54,991 nt of DNA from Eubacteriales bacterium (lineage in GTDB: Bacteria; Bacillota; Clostridia; Oscillospirales; CAG-272). The notes under the pieces are model-generated. The model was not told the DNA's origin. It saw nothing but the letters and a program-made list of their open reading frames with translations, and searched no databases. The stretch is taken from assembly GCA_045650025.1 (NCBI GenBank), contig JAZRQR010000067.1, positions 1 to 54,991 on the forward strand. Reading direction: 5' to 3'. Each line of letters starts with the position of its first letter. Position 1 is the first letter of the stretch. Made by a program: the position numbers and the translations under genes. This document shows, in pieces, positions 26,916 through 37,634 of this stretch.

Positions 26916-27980
26916 TCAGCGGCCGAAGCCCTCCATCTTTCTGGTCAGGGATTGCTCGTCTTCGGCATATTTCAAAACGGTCTCCTTGGTGATCTTTTTC
27001 TGTAAATACAGCTCGTACAGGTGGTCGTCCTTGGTCTGCATGCCAAACTTCTTACCGGTCTGCAGCGCGGACGGGATCTGCGGCGTCTTATTCTCGCGGA
27101 TCATGTTACGGACTGCCATGGTAGGCATGAGCACCTCGTAGACCGCAGTTCTCTTGCCGTCCACCGTGGGCACCAGATTCTGACACAGCACCGCCTCCAG
27201 CACGGTAGAGAGCTGAATGCGGATCTGCGCCTGCTGCTCTGCGGGGAACGTGTCGATGATACGGTCGATGGTCGAAGACGTATTGTTGGTATGCAGGGTG
27301 GCAATGACCAGGTGTCCGGTCTCTGCCGCCGTCAGCGCGATCGAAATGGTCTCGGTATCACGCATCTCACCGACCAGGATCACGTCAGGGTCCTGACGCA
27401 ATGCGGCACGGAGCGCAGACGAGAAGGAGCCGGTATCCACACCCACCTCACGCTGGTGAATGATGCACTGATCCGAGGTGTGTACGTACTCCACCGGGTC
27501 CTCCAGCGTAATGATATGCTTTTTGTGGTGACGGTTGAGGTGGTGGATCAGTGCTGCCTGCGTGGTGGATTTACCGTGACCGGTAGGACCTGTCACCAGC
27601 AAAAGTCCCTTTTGTCTGGAGGCGGCGTGCACCACCGCGGGAGGCGTGCCACACTCGGTAGTAGTGGGAATGCGGAACGGCAAAAGACGCATAGCCGCTG
27701 CCAGCTTGCCGCTTTCCATGTACACGTTGCAACGCAGTCTGCCGCAGTTTTCCAAAGCAAAGGCAAAGTCCACCTCGCCGCACTTGTCCAGCGTTTCCTG
27801 CGTACGCGCGTTGAGCATTTCATCGCACACGCTCTTGATGTCCTGCTCGGTCATGACCTGCTCGTCAAAGTAGGTCAGCGTACCCTGGCATCTGTATTCC
27901 ACCGGTCTGCCCACCGTCAGGTGGATATCCGAGCACTCGTGTGCCACACCGGTATCAATAATTTGCTTAATGGTTATCAT
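26916..27980 (-). CDS. pilT: Type IV pilus retraction ATPase PilT
   Basis: SDIHL, Walker A GPTGHGKSTT, TLEDPVE, ALRQDPDVILVGEMRD, AAETGHLV, and the AIRNLIRE-like motif AVRNMIRE. Confidence 0.95.
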   Translation of the reverse strand: MITIKQIIDTGVAHECSDIHLTVGRPVEYRCQGTLTYFDEQVMTEQDIKSVCDEMLNARTQETLDKCGEVDFAFALENCGRLRCNVYMESGKLAAAMRLLPFRIPTTTECGTPPAVVHAASRQKGLLLVTGPTGHGKSTTQAALIHHLNRHHKKHIITLEDPVEYVHTSDQCIIHQREVGVDTGSFSSALRAALRQDPDVILVGEMRDTETISIALTAAETGHLVIATLHTNNTSSTIDRIIDTFPAEQQAQIRIQLSTVLEAVLCQNLVPTVDGKRTAVYEVLMPTMAVRNMIRENKTPQIPSALQTGKKFGMQTKDDHLYELYLQKKITKETVLKYAEDEQSLTRKMEGFGR

Positions 27981-28003
27981 AATAAAAACTCAGACTCCTA
28001 ATA

Positions 28004-29695
28004 TCAGTTCTCGTAGGAAACGCTCAGAATCTCCTGGAAGGAGGTCGTGCCCGACAGCACCAGCTTGCTTGCGTTCATGCGCAGCGTTTGCATGCCATCC
28101 GTAAGCGCCTGCTGCTTGATCTCCTCAGCAGTTGCCTTTTTGTTGATCAGGCGCTTGATGCCGGGCGTCAGCTCCATGATCTCATATACACCGATTCGCC
28201 CGTAATATCCCGTGCCGTTACAGCTCTGACAGCCGCCGGGCTCCCAGATATTGGTGGGAACGGTGGGATCCATTGCCATAAATTCCAGCTCGTAATCCTC
28301 TGCAGGACGCATTTTCCTGCAATTCGGGCACAGTCTGCGTACCAGTCTCTGTGCAATAATACCCACCACCGAGTCGGCGATCAGGTAAGAATCCACGCCC
28401 ATATCCAACAGACGCGTGACCGTGTTGGCGGCGCTGTTGGTATGCACCGTGCTGACCACAAGGTGACCCGTGATCGACGCCTGGATTGCGATCATAGCGG
28501 TCTCCACGTCACGGATCTCACCGATCATGATAATATCGGGGTCCTGACGCAGAATGGAACGCAGCGCGCTTGCAAAGGTCAGATCCGCCTTGGGGTTGAC
28601 CTGCACCTGATTGATGCCGTCGATATTTGCCTCGACCGGGTCCTCAACCGTGACGATATTGACCTCTTCCCTGTTCTTTTCGCTAAGCACCGTGTAAAGC
28701 GTGGTAGACTTACCCGAACCCGTAGGGCCGGTGACCAGCACGATACCGTTGGGGTAAGACATGATATGATCAAACTTGGTCATATCATCGGGGTTCAGAC
28801 CCAGCGTGCTCTTATTACGGGAAAGGCTCTTTTTGAGCGCAAGACGCATTACGCACTTTTCACCGTAGGTGGTCGGCAGCACGGACACACGGATATCGTA
28901 CTCTCTGCCGTCTACGAAGTAGGTCATTCTGCCGTCCTGCGGCTTTCTCTTCTCTGCAATATCCATACCGGCAAGGATCTTCAGTCTTGCCAGCACGGCG
29001 TTGGTCAGCTCATTGGAATACTTGTGTTTGGTGTACATGATACCGTCGATACGGAAACGTACGCGCAGCGATTCCTGCAAAGCCTCCACGTGAATATCCG
29101 ATGCTCTTTGACGTGCCGCCTGCTCCAAGAGCGTATTGACCAGCACGACGATAGGCGCGGAGCTGACGTCCTCGCCTCGCTCCTCCTCCATCGCTGCGGA
29201 AATGCTTTGTCTTTCCTTGGTGAACTGGTCCACCGCAGAGCGCAGCGTTTCGGTACCGAAGCATCTGTCAATGGCGTTCATGATGCCGGTTGCCGTTGCG
29301 ACCACGGGCTGCACGCTCATGCGCGTCAGCAGCTCCACGTCCTCAATCGCCCCCGCATTCATGGGGTTGAACATCGCCAGCTGCATTCTGGGCGGCTGCT
29401 CATCGGTCAGGGCAACCGGAATGACGCGATGCTTTTTGAGCATATTGATATCCAGACGGCGGATCAGGGAGTCGTTGAGTGCCAGTCCCTCCAGCTCCAC
29501 CATCGGAAGATCGTACTTGTATGCGACGGCCTTGGCAATGTCCTTTTCCACCGCAAATTCGCGCTCCAATATCAGCTCCTGCTCGCTCTTACCGATACGC
29601 CCTGCTTGCATGAGCGCAAAGATCTGAGCCGCATTTTCCTTTGACATCTGGCGATTATCCACCAGAATCTCACTAATTCTCTTTCTGGACGTCAT
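28004..29695 (-). CDS. pilB: Type IV pilus assembly ATPase PilB
   Basis: RASDIHVE, PQDGR, GPTGSGKSTTLY, LRQDPDIIMIGEIRD, and Zn-binding CPNC/CQSC. Confidence 0.95.
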   Translation of the reverse strand: MTSRKRISEILVDNRQMSKENAAQIFALMQAGRIGKSEQELILEREFAVEKDIAKAVAYKYDLPMVELEGLALNDSLIRRLDINMLKKHRVIPVALTDEQPPRMQLAMFNPMNAGAIEDVELLTRMSVQPVVATATGIMNAIDRCFGTETLRSAVDQFTKERQSISAAMEEERGEDVSSAPIVVLVNTLLEQAARQRASDIHVEALQESLRVRFRIDGIMYTKHKYSNELTNAVLARLKILAGMDIAEKRKPQDGRMTYFVDGREYDIRVSVLPTTYGEKCVMRLALKKSLSRNKSTLGLNPDDMTKFDHIMSYPNGIVLVTGPTGSGKSTTLYTVLSEKNREEVNIVTVEDPVEANIDGINQVQVNPKADLTFASALRSILRQDPDIIMIGEIRDVETAMIAIQASITGHLVVSTVHTNSAANTVTRLLDMGVDSYLIADSVVGIIAQRLVRRLCPNCRKMRPAEDYELEFMAMDPTVPTNIWEPGGCQSCNGTGYYGRIGVYEIMELTPGIKRLINKKATAEEIKQQALTDGMQTLRMNASKLVLSGTTSFQEILSVSYEN

Positions 29696-29703
29696 TTACA
29701 CAA

Positions 29704-31260
29704 TTACCTTTCGTTACTCACCGAATGATATGGCAGTGCCACCTTGATGGTAAAGCGGTCACCGTTGACCTGCGCTGCCATCGCACCGCCGTTATGACGG
29801 CACAGGTCACGAATGATGCCCATTCCGTAACCGTGCGACGTACCGTCACTCTTAGTCGTCATATACCTGCCCTTGTCCATGACGAAATACCCGTCACAGG
29901 AGTTGATGCAGGTGAAATATACCTTGTTTTCGTCCGCACGGATCTCCAGTCGGATCCATCGCTTTTGCGCATCGGGCAGCTTGGCACACGCATCAAACGC
30001 GTTTTGCAGCACGTTGTTGAGCAAGGAGCAAAGGTCGGAATCCGGGATGGACAGATCGGGCAGCACCGCAATATCGGTCTGCAGCGTAATACGTCTGCGC
30101 TCCGCCTTGCGGGAGAAGCTCATGACCAGATAGTCGATCATGAGATTGTTACTGTACTGCAGGGGCGCGATCGCCTGCCCGTCGGTCTGCAGCTTTTGCA
30201 GATACTCGCCCAGGCGCTGGTATTCCCCTTGCTCATACAGCATATTGCACACGTTGATATGCAGCATGGTATCGTGCTTGATACGGCGCACCTCGTCGAT
30301 TCTCTCACGAACCGCAATGGCATACCCCTGTGCGGATTCTTTTTCGTAATTGAGCACGCGAATGCTCGATTTGTTGTGCATCAGCTCGGTCAGCAAGCGC
30401 ACAAACAGAATGATCAGCAGCGTGATCAGCACGTAACGCTGCAGATAATATTCACGCAGCGGGTGCAGATTGTAATTGGTCACAAGCTCGATCAGCACGC
30501 GGCGCTGCAGGTAAAATCCGCTTCCGTTGACCAGAATGGCAAGCAGCGAAACCCCCAGCATGCCGATGACCAGGACGCTGACGATGGGGCAGAACAGACG
30601 ATAGAAGTCGTTGCCCTGCTTGGCTTCCTTGTAGCCCAAGAACAAGAGTCCCGCCAAGGAGCAGGTCAGCAGAAGATCGCACACAAAGCTCAAATAGGTC
30701 AGCACCGTCGGGAACACGCCCGTGACCGAAAGCAGCGCAAAAAGCGCGCACAACACGTATTCCATGATCAGCACGCTGCGCACAAAGCCGCGATAGCGCT
30801 CGGTGCGGATGTACAGGCACAAGAGCAGCGGAATGGCAGACAGCTGATACAGCGTATCCGCCAGCGAGCGCATCAGATACTGCAGCGAGCCGCCGCCCGG
30901 GTTGAACATGTTCAAGCCGTACAGGATGTAGAACGTCAAGCTCCACAAAAGCAGCAAAATGTAATAGTCGGTATAATCGTCTGCCCATAGCTGGGAGAGG
31001 AACGCGTACCCGCAAAGCGCGTATAGCAGCAGCAAGAACGACAGCAGCACGTAATCGTCCAGCAGCACGTAGATCTCCGCGCGCTCGTCCGCAAGCAGCT
31101 CCTTTATGGCGTCCGAGGAAAAATACGCATCCGAAAACTGCAAAAACAAAGCGGCAACAAACAAAAATATCAGCACAAGAATCACCGTCCACAAAAGTGC
31201 GGTTCGTTTATAATCCCAGGCGTTTTTTATCTTAGCTCTGATGAGCGGCTTTTGCTTCAT
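29704..31260 (-). CDS. Membrane-bound sensor histidine kinase (GHKL, AgrC/CitA-like ATPase domain), orphan
   Basis: Multi-TM N-terminus, H-box RRIKHD, N-box LLNNVLQNAFDAC, G-box TTKSDGTSHGYGM. ATG 31260 follows AAAGGAGGA. Its stop is 8 nt before pilB. Confidence 0.88.
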   Translation of the reverse strand: MKQKPLIRAKIKNAWDYKRTALLWTVILVLIFLFVAALFLQFSDAYFSSDAIKELLADERAEIYVLLDDYVLLSFLLLLYALCGYAFLSQLWADDYTDYYILLLLWSLTFYILYGLNMFNPGGGSLQYLMRSLADTLYQLSAIPLLLCLYIRTERYRGFVRSVLIMEYVLCALFALLSVTGVFPTVLTYLSFVCDLLLTCSLAGLLFLGYKEAKQGNDFYRLFCPIVSVLVIGMLGVSLLAILVNGSGFYLQRRVLIELVTNYNLHPLREYYLQRYVLITLLIILFVRLLTELMHNKSSIRVLNYEKESAQGYAIAVRERIDEVRRIKHDTMLHINVCNMLYEQGEYQRLGEYLQKLQTDGQAIAPLQYSNNLMIDYLVMSFSRKAERRRITLQTDIAVLPDLSIPDSDLCSLLNNVLQNAFDACAKLPDAQKRWIRLEIRADENKVYFTCINSCDGYFVMDKGRYMTTKSDGTSHGYGMGIIRDLCRHNGGAMAAQVNGDRFTIKVALPYHSVSNER

Positions 31261-31343
31261 TTGCAAGTCCTCCTTTCCCCTTCACGCGCGTGCCGCGCGC
31301 ATACGCACGGACACACTACACGCATTATACTATAATACATAAC

Positions 31344-31373
31344 ATTATAACATATACCCACGAATATTGTCAA
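31344..31373 (-). promoter_or_regulatory. Sigma-A promoter of the kinase/type IV pilus operon
   Basis: Minus strand TTGACA-18nt-TATAAT with TGn. Confidence 0.65.
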
Positions 31374-31600
31374 GTTTTTCGCATGAACTGACACGTTTGG
31401 CGCACCAAAGGAAAAAGACTCAAAAGCCCCGTAGCACAAGGATTTCCGCCGTCCCCCCTATCGCAAACGCGTGCACACCGCGCGCACCGCCCCCAAAAAC
31501 CGCCCATTTGAGCCGATTTTCGGCCTTTCTTGTGTATTGTTGTTTGGTTTTTAACCATTTGTTTACTGTTTTGGCGGAATTTGCAGCAAAAAGCAAAAAA

Positions 31601-31632
31601 ACACGGAATCGGGGTCACCCCCGGTTCCGTGT
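31601..31632 (-). terminator. Intrinsic terminator of the V-ATPase operon
   Basis: ACACGGAATCGGGG-TCAC-CCCCGGTTCCGTGT with A- and T-tracts on either side. Confidence 0.8.
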
Positions 31633-31654
31633 TTTCAGAATGCTTAAAAATCCA

Positions 31655-32344
31655 TTAAATTGCTTGTTCCGACTCGTCCTGCTCGTCCTGCTTGCCTGCC
31701 TGGAGCTGCGCCTTGATCATCATATCCTTGACCTTCATCAGGCGCGTGGTGTTGCCGCGGTCGTTTTCATCCAGCTTCATCTTGATCGACTTGATGGTTG
31801 CCAGATACTTGGGGATCATGATATACTCCAAAGCATTGACGCGACGACGCGTTTTTTCGATCTCCTGCGCCAGCAGCTGCACCGTCTTCTCACTCTGCGC
31901 AAGTGCGATCATATCCTCCATCACCGCGCTCATTTGCGCCAAGGAAGCGTCCAGCTCACCCGAGGTAAAGGCAAGACCGTAATTGTAGCTGTCCTGCGCA
32001 TCCTTACCAATGACCTCCAGCTCGAACTCCGGCACGGTCACGCTCATGACGTTGCGATAGTGCACGTCCAGCTTGCCCTGCTTTTTGGGAAGCATAAGAG
32101 ATTCCTCAAGCACCATGGGTCCGGAAACCGCGCCCGCGATCGAAAGGCTGCCGTACACGCCCGAGAGCGATGCCTCCACCTTTTCGCGAAGCTCCTTGTT
32201 CTGCCGAACGGTTTCAAGGAACTGCTTCATCAGACCGTCACGCTTGTCCTTGAGAAGCTTGTGGCCTCTGCGGGCATTGGCGTAGCGCGTCTTCATTTTC
32301 TTCAGCTCCATACGCGTCGGATTGACGTTGTAGGTATCTGCCAT
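31655..32344 (-). CDS. atpD: V/A-type ATP synthase subunit D (NtpD)
   Basis: NPTRMEL...RGHKLLKDKRD and EIEKTRRRVNALE. Confidence 0.96.
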   Translation of the reverse strand: MADTYNVNPTRMELKKMKTRYANARRGHKLLKDKRDGLMKQFLETVRQNKELREKVEASLSGVYGSLSIAGAVSGPMVLEESLMLPKKQGKLDVHYRNVMSVTVPEFELEVIGKDAQDSYNYGLAFTSGELDASLAQMSAVMEDMIALAQSEKTVQLLAQEIEKTRRRVNALEYIMIPKYLATIKSIKMKLDENDRGNTTRLMKVKDMMIKAQLQAGKQDEQDESEQAI

Positions 32345-32366
32345 AATTGCCTCCGGCTAAAGTCGA

Positions 32367-33740
32367 TTACTTATTGGGCCAGTACTTGTCGACGTACTGG
32401 GGCTTGATACGCTTCATCTCGGACTTGGGCAGAATGGAAAGCAGCTCCCAACCGATATCCAGCGTTTTTTCAATGGTTCTGTCCTCGTAGAAGCCCTGAT
32501 TGATAAACTTCTCCTCAAAGGCATCCGCGAACTTTGCGTAAAGTCTGTCCATGGGGGTCAGCGCAGCCTCGCCAAGCACCACCATCAGCTCCTTTGCGTC
32601 CTTACCTCTTGCATAAGAGGAGAACAGCTGGTTGAGCACGCCCGAGTGGTCCTCGCGCGTCTTGCCCTCGCCAATACCCTTATCCTTCAGACGCGACAGC
32701 GAAGGCAGCACGTCCACGGGAGGCATATAACCCTTACGGTACATCTCACGCGACAGAATGATCTGTCCCTCGGTAATGTAGCCGGTCAGGTCGGGAATGG
32801 GGTGGGTCTTATCATCCTCGGGCATGGAGAGGATCGGGATCATGGTAATCGAGCCCTCGGATCCCATCTTTCTGCCCGCTCTTTCATACATGGTTGCAAG
32901 GTCGGTGTACAGGTAGCCGGGATAGCCGCGTCTGCCGGGTACTTCCTTACGTGCAGCGGACACCTCACGCAGCGCCTCTGCATAGTTGGTAATGTCGGTC
33001 ATGATGACCAGCACGTGCATATCGCACTCAAACGCCAGATACTCAGCGGCGGTCAGTGCCATACGGGGCGTGGAAATTCTTTCAATTGCGGGGTCACTTG
33101 CCAGGTTGATGAACAATACGGTTCTGTCAATAGCGCCCGTCTTCTTAAAGTCGGAGATAAAGAAGTCCGCTTCCTCAAAGGTAATACCCACAGCGGCAAA
33201 TACAACCGCAAACTTGGAATCGCTGCCGCGCACCTTTGCCTGACGCGCGATCTGCGCAGCCAGATTTGCATGAGGCAGACCCGAGCCCGAGAAGATGGGC
33301 AGCTTCTGGCCTCTTACCAGCGTGTTCAAGCCGTCAATGGTAGAAATACCGGTCTGGATAAACTCGGAGGGATAGTAGCGCGCCGCGGGGTTAATGGGCG
33401 TGCCGTTGATGTCCAGGGACTTTTCAGGGATCAGCTTAGCGCCGCCGTCAATGGGCTCACCCATACCGCTGAATACGCGACCCAGCATGTCGGGCGACAC
33501 AGGCATCTGCACGCCGTGACCCGTAAAGCGCACCTTGGAATGCGCCAGGTTAATACCCGCAGACGATTCAAACAGCTGCACCAGCACGTTTCTGCCGTTG
33601 ACCTCGAGTACGCGGCAGCGGCGCACGCTGCCATCAGGCAGCTCAATCTCGCCCAGCTCGACGTACTTGACGCCCTCCACCTGCTTGACCAGCATCAAAG
33701 GGCCGGCAACTTCTTCTATAGTTCTATATTCTCTGATCAT
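32367..33740 (-). CDS. atpB: V/A-type ATP synthase subunit B (NtpB)
   Basis: [48 protein letters not shown]. Confidence 0.97.
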   Translation of the reverse strand: MIREYRTIEEVAGPLMLVKQVEGVKYVELGEIELPDGSVRRCRVLEVNGRNVLVQLFESSAGINLAHSKVRFTGHGVQMPVSPDMLGRVFSGMGEPIDGGAKLIPEKSLDINGTPINPAARYYPSEFIQTGISTIDGLNTLVRGQKLPIFSGSGLPHANLAAQIARQAKVRGSDSKFAVVFAAVGITFEEADFFISDFKKTGAIDRTVLFINLASDPAIERISTPRMALTAAEYLAFECDMHVLVIMTDITNYAEALREVSAARKEVPGRRGYPGYLYTDLATMYERAGRKMGSEGSITMIPILSMPEDDKTHPIPDLTGYITEGQIILSREMYRKGYMPPVDVLPSLSRLKDKGIGEGKTREDHSGVLNQLFSSYARGKDAKELMVVLGEAALTPMDRLYAKFADAFEEKFINQGFYEDRTIEKTLDIGWELLSILPKSEMKRIKPQYVDKYWPNK

Positions 33741-33761
33741 ATTACGAATCCTTTCCCAGCC

Positions 33762-35522
33762 TTATGCTCTGTCCAAAGCATCCAGCTGACGAGAGATTTC
33801 CTGCTTGATTTTTTCGGATTCTGCGCGGTAGCTTGCATAAGGCACAGCCTTGAAACGACCGATCTGCTCACGTACGGGCAGGTTTGCCACCTCTTCAATA
33901 TCCGCACCTGCTGCCACGGCAGCGGTTGCCTTTTGCTCAAAGTCAAATACCAGCGTCAGCATCTCATACTGCTTATCCAGCTGGGTATAGCCGTCCACGT
34001 CGTCAAATGCAAACTGCTGCAAGAAGTCCTCACGCACGCTGCGCGCGATCTCCAGGGTCAGTCTGTCCTCGCCCGAAAGCGCGTCCATACCAACCAGCTG
34101 CACGATCTCGTTGAGCTCTGCCTCCTCCTGCAGGATCTTCAGGCACTTGCCCGTCAGCTCCATCCAGCGAGCAGACACGTTGGTCGAGAACCAATCACTC
34201 AGGCGGTCACGGTACAGCGAGTAGGAGTTCAGCCAGTTGATCGCCGGGAAGTGACGCTTATATGCCAGTGCAGAATCAAGACCCCAGAATACCTTTACGA
34301 TACGCAGCGTCGCCTGGGTAACAGGCTCGGAAATATCACCACCCTGCGGAGATACCGCACCGATCGCGGACAGCGTACCGATTCTGCCGTCGTCGCCAAG
34401 GCATACCACCTTGCCCGCTCTTTCATAGAACTGTGCAAGACGGCTGGTCAGGTAAGCGGGATAGCCCTCCTCACCGGGCATTTCCTCAAGTCTGCCCGAC
34501 ATCTCACGAAGTGCCTCTGCCCAACGGGAGGTCGAGTCTGCGATAACGGCTACGTTATAGCCCATATCGCGGTAGTATTCCGCAATGGTAATACCGGTAT
34601 AAATAGATGCCTCACGTGCCGCAACCGGCATATCCGAGGTGTTTGCGATCAGCACGGTACGCTCCATGAGCGATTTGCCGGTACGGGGGTCGACCAGCTC
34701 GGGGAATTCGCGCAAAACGTCGGTCATCTCGTTGCCGCGCTCGCCGCAACCGATGTAGACCACCACGTCCACGTCACTCCACTTCGCCAGCTGATGCTGC
34801 ACGACCGTCTTACCTGCACCGAAGGGACCGGGTACGCAAGCAGTACCACCCTTTGCGATGGGGAAAAGTGCGTCGATCGAGCGCTGACCCGTGATCATGG
34901 GCTCAACGGGAGGCAGCTTCTCTGCATAGGGTCTGGACACACGTACAGGCCACTTCTGCGAGAGCAGGATCTCCTCGATTGTGCCGTCGGGGCGCTTGAT
35001 CTTACCCACGCGGTCGGTAATGCGATAATCGCCCTCTACCAGATCCACAATGGTGCCGCTGACGCCGGGAGGAACCATGATCTTGTGGGTAATGACCTCG
35101 GTCTCCTGCACCGTACCGTAAATATCACCGGGGCCTACCTTGTCGCCGAACACGTGCGCAGGCACGAAATGCCAGGTCTTGGTTCTGTCCAGCGCGGGCT
35201 CGTCAATGCCCTTGGTGATGTTGGCACCGCAACGCTCACGGATCGCCTCCAGGGGGCGCTGAATGCCGTCGTAAATATTGGAAAGCAAGCCGGGACCAAG
35301 CTCGACGGACAAGGGCGCGCCCGTAGACACGACCTTATCGCCGCGGCCAATGCCTGCGGTTTCTTCGTATACCTGAATGGAAGCACGGTCACCGTGCATT
35401 TCAATGATCTCACCGATCAGACGGGCTTCTCCCACGCGGACAACGTCAAACATGTTTGCCTCGCGCATGCCCTCTGCTACGACCAGCGGGCCGGAAACCT
35501 TGAGAATCTTTCCTTCTACCAT
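33762..35522 (-). CDS. atpA: V/A-type ATP synthase subunit A (NtpA)
   Basis: P-loop [32 protein letters not shown]. Confidence 0.97.
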   Translation of the reverse strand: MVEGKILKVSGPLVVAEGMREANMFDVVRVGEARLIGEIIEMHGDRASIQVYEETAGIGRGDKVVSTGAPLSVELGPGLLSNIYDGIQRPLEAIRERCGANITKGIDEPALDRTKTWHFVPAHVFGDKVGPGDIYGTVQETEVITHKIMVPPGVSGTIVDLVEGDYRITDRVGKIKRPDGTIEEILLSQKWPVRVSRPYAEKLPPVEPMITGQRSIDALFPIAKGGTACVPGPFGAGKTVVQHQLAKWSDVDVVVYIGCGERGNEMTDVLREFPELVDPRTGKSLMERTVLIANTSDMPVAAREASIYTGITIAEYYRDMGYNVAVIADSTSRWAEALREMSGRLEEMPGEEGYPAYLTSRLAQFYERAGKVVCLGDDGRIGTLSAIGAVSPQGGDISEPVTQATLRIVKVFWGLDSALAYKRHFPAINWLNSYSLYRDRLSDWFSTNVSARWMELTGKCLKILQEEAELNEIVQLVGMDALSGEDRLTLEIARSVREDFLQQFAFDDVDGYTQLDKQYEMLTLVFDFEQKATAAVAAGADIEEVANLPVREQIGRFKAVPYASYRAESEKIKQEISRQLDALDRA

Positions 35523-35534
35523 ATCTGATACTCC

Positions 35535-35855
35535 TTATTCCTTAAACAATATGTCTGCGCCAACCGCTCTTTCCACAGCCTTTTTGACTTGGCTGAGTCC
35601 GTAACCGGTGCTTCCGTTTTTACCCGGAACGCAAATGATTGCGGGGGTGGGCAGATCCTTATATTTTGCGATGTCCTCGGTAAGGGCGATCGCGTAGTTT
35701 TCTACGATGAAAATAATGGCGTATTCGCTGTCCTTTGCCAAGGTGTGCAGCACGGCTCTTGCCGCATCCGCATCCTCTGCCTCATGCACCGCAAAGCCCA
35801 GTGCCATATATCCGATGACGCTGTCGCGTTCTCCGATCATGCCAATCTTATACAT
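35535..35855 (-). CDS. atpF: V/A-type ATP synthase subunit F
   Basis: MYKIGMIGERDSVIGYMALG...VERAVGADI. Confidence 0.94.
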   Translation of the reverse strand: MYKIGMIGERDSVIGYMALGFAVHEAEDADAARAVLHTLAKDSEYAIIFIVENYAIALTEDIAKYKDLPTPAIICVPGKNGSTGYGLSQVKKAVERAVGADILFKE

Positions 35856-36858
35856 AGCTTACCCTGATCCTTTCGTGAATGATTTCCGGCGAAAGCCCTG
35901 CGCTCTTGGCTGCAATGACAATACGGATATTCTTGACCGCATACTCCTGCGCGTAGAAATACGCCGAGAGTACGGGCGCACCAAAGGTGATCTGCTTGGC
36001 TTTACTGATCTGCTCCATACGCCAGTCGTCCGCCAATCGCTCGGCAGCCGCAGCCGTACCGTCGCTCTCTGCAATCCGGTGTGCCAGCTTTTCATAGGGC
36101 GTGCGGTTAAGCAAGTACAGCAGCGCGCTCTCCCCTTCGGGATACGCTGCCAGCAGCGCGCCGGTATCCAGCGTGCCGCCCGGGATCAGTGCCTGCTCCA
36201 GCAGCAGTCTGCCCTGCTCGCCCGCCTGCATGCGGACAAGGCGCAGGCAGATCATGAGGTTGACAAGATCGATCTGTGCGCGCACAAGCTGCACGTGATA
36301 GTCCACACCGCCCTCTTTGACGCAGCGCAGCATATCCGCAAAGCAAGCCTTATCCAGAATCAGATCGATCGCGCGCGGATTTCCCGTCTTCTCATACGCC
36401 TGCATGGCAAGCGGAGCCGCCTTTGCCATCTCTGCAGGCAACGCGGCAAAATCGCCGGTCACGGGCATTTCGCAAACCTCCCGGGCAGATGCAACGCCCA
36501 GATCAAACAGCATCCCACTTGCCTGCAAGCCGCGAAAATGGCACTTGATAGCAGATTTTATATTATGACAATCATACGGATAGCGCAGAAAATCAAACAG
36601 CTCGGGCGCAGGTGCGCCGTCAAGCAGATCGCCGAGTGTACGCTTGAGCATACCGCAAAGCGTCGGCTCAATCTGCACGCTGCCGTTTTCGTCACGCGTG
36701 GGCGTAATGCCGTACTCCGCAAGGCGTGCATACAGCTCGTCCATGCTTGACGCATCCGCCAGTTGCCGAATACGCTCTCTGCCAACCAGCCCCGCTTCCA
36801 GGGCGCGCACGCGAGCAGAGGCATACGTATATTCGGTGGATTGTGGTTTTTTCGACAT
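35848..36858 (-). CDS. atpC: V/A-type ATP synthase subunit C (d)
   Basis: YTYASARVRALE, YDCHNIKSAIK, NIRIVIAAK; expected operon position. Confidence 0.92.
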   Translation of the reverse strand: MSKKPQSTEYTYASARVRALEAGLVGRERIRQLADASSMDELYARLAEYGITPTRDENGSVQIEPTLCGMLKRTLGDLLDGAPAPELFDFLRYPYDCHNIKSAIKCHFRGLQASGMLFDLGVASAREVCEMPVTGDFAALPAEMAKAAPLAMQAYEKTGNPRAIDLILDKACFADMLRCVKEGGVDYHVQLVRAQIDLVNLMICLRLVRMQAGEQGRLLLEQALIPGGTLDTGALLAAYPEGESALLYLLNRTPYEKLAHRIAESDGTAAAAERLADDWRMEQISKAKQITFGAPVLSAYFYAQEYAVKNIRIVIAAKSAGLSPEIIHERIRVSYV

Positions 36859-36899
36859 GGGTCAAACAACCTTTCTCTGGGCAACCAATCGTTGCCGTC

Positions 36900-37580
36900 T
36901 TAAGATTTGTTCTGATCCTTATAAAGGATCTGTTGGATGCGGGGCTCCAGCGCGGGGCGCACGGTTGCCAGCATCATTGCAAACGAGCAATTGGTCTCAA
37001 TATCGCCGCAGCGCAGCACCAAGCCGCCGTCAATGTCCACGGGCGTGGGGCAAAGGCGTACCTTTACCGCCATATCGGCAGGGATCTTGCCGCTGACGGC
37101 TGCTGCACGCACGCCGTTCATCACGTTTTGTGCAACGTCGCCGCTATCGCGTGCGTTCAGCATCAGCTCGTAATACTCAGGCGCGATGTTCTCGCCGTAC
37201 AGGCGCATGCTATCGCGCTCGGATTCTCTTTGCGCATTCAGGGTCTTGCAAAGCAGCGAGAGCAGCAGCTCTGCGTACTCGGCACGATCCATCTCATAAA
37301 TTTCCTGCATCGCGCGGGTAAATGCACGCTCGATCATTTCGCTTTTGGCAGCAAGCTCGACGTTGCGTCTGGTCATTGCCGCGCTGGACTTTGCGCGAAT
37401 AACCAGTGCCTCGCCCTCTTTTTCCGCCTCGGCGATCAGGCGATCCTGCGCCGCCTGCGCATTGGTCAGATTTTGTGCGCGCACCGCAAGACTTTTTTCG
37501 GTTGCTTCGTCCAAAATCTCCTCTGCCTGCGCTCTTGCATCTGCCAGAATGCGGGAAGTGATTTTTTCAAGTCCTGTCAT
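36900..37580 (-). CDS. atpE: V/A-type ATP synthase subunit E
   Basis: MTGLEKITSRILADA and IDGGLVLRCGDIETNCSF. Confidence 0.92.
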   Translation of the reverse strand: MTGLEKITSRILADARAQAEEILDEATEKSLAVRAQNLTNAQAAQDRLIAEAEKEGEALVIRAKSSAAMTRRNVELAAKSEMIERAFTRAMQEIYEMDRAEYAELLLSLLCKTLNAQRESERDSMRLYGENIAPEYYELMLNARDSGDVAQNVMNGVRAAAVSGKIPADMAVKVRLCPTPVDIDGGLVLRCGDIETNCSFAMMLATVRPALEPRIQQILYKDQNKS

Positions 37581-37634
37581 GATGATTCCTCAATTCTCAA
37601 ATTTCTGTATGTGGCACTCAGGTCACAGAGAAAA

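Noticed and set aside
31367-31654. ORFs 31367..32407, 31370..31618 and 31257..31439 between the pilus and ATPase operons
   Set aside because: They cross promoter and terminator sequences or lie antisense to atpD, with no RBS or recognisable motif.
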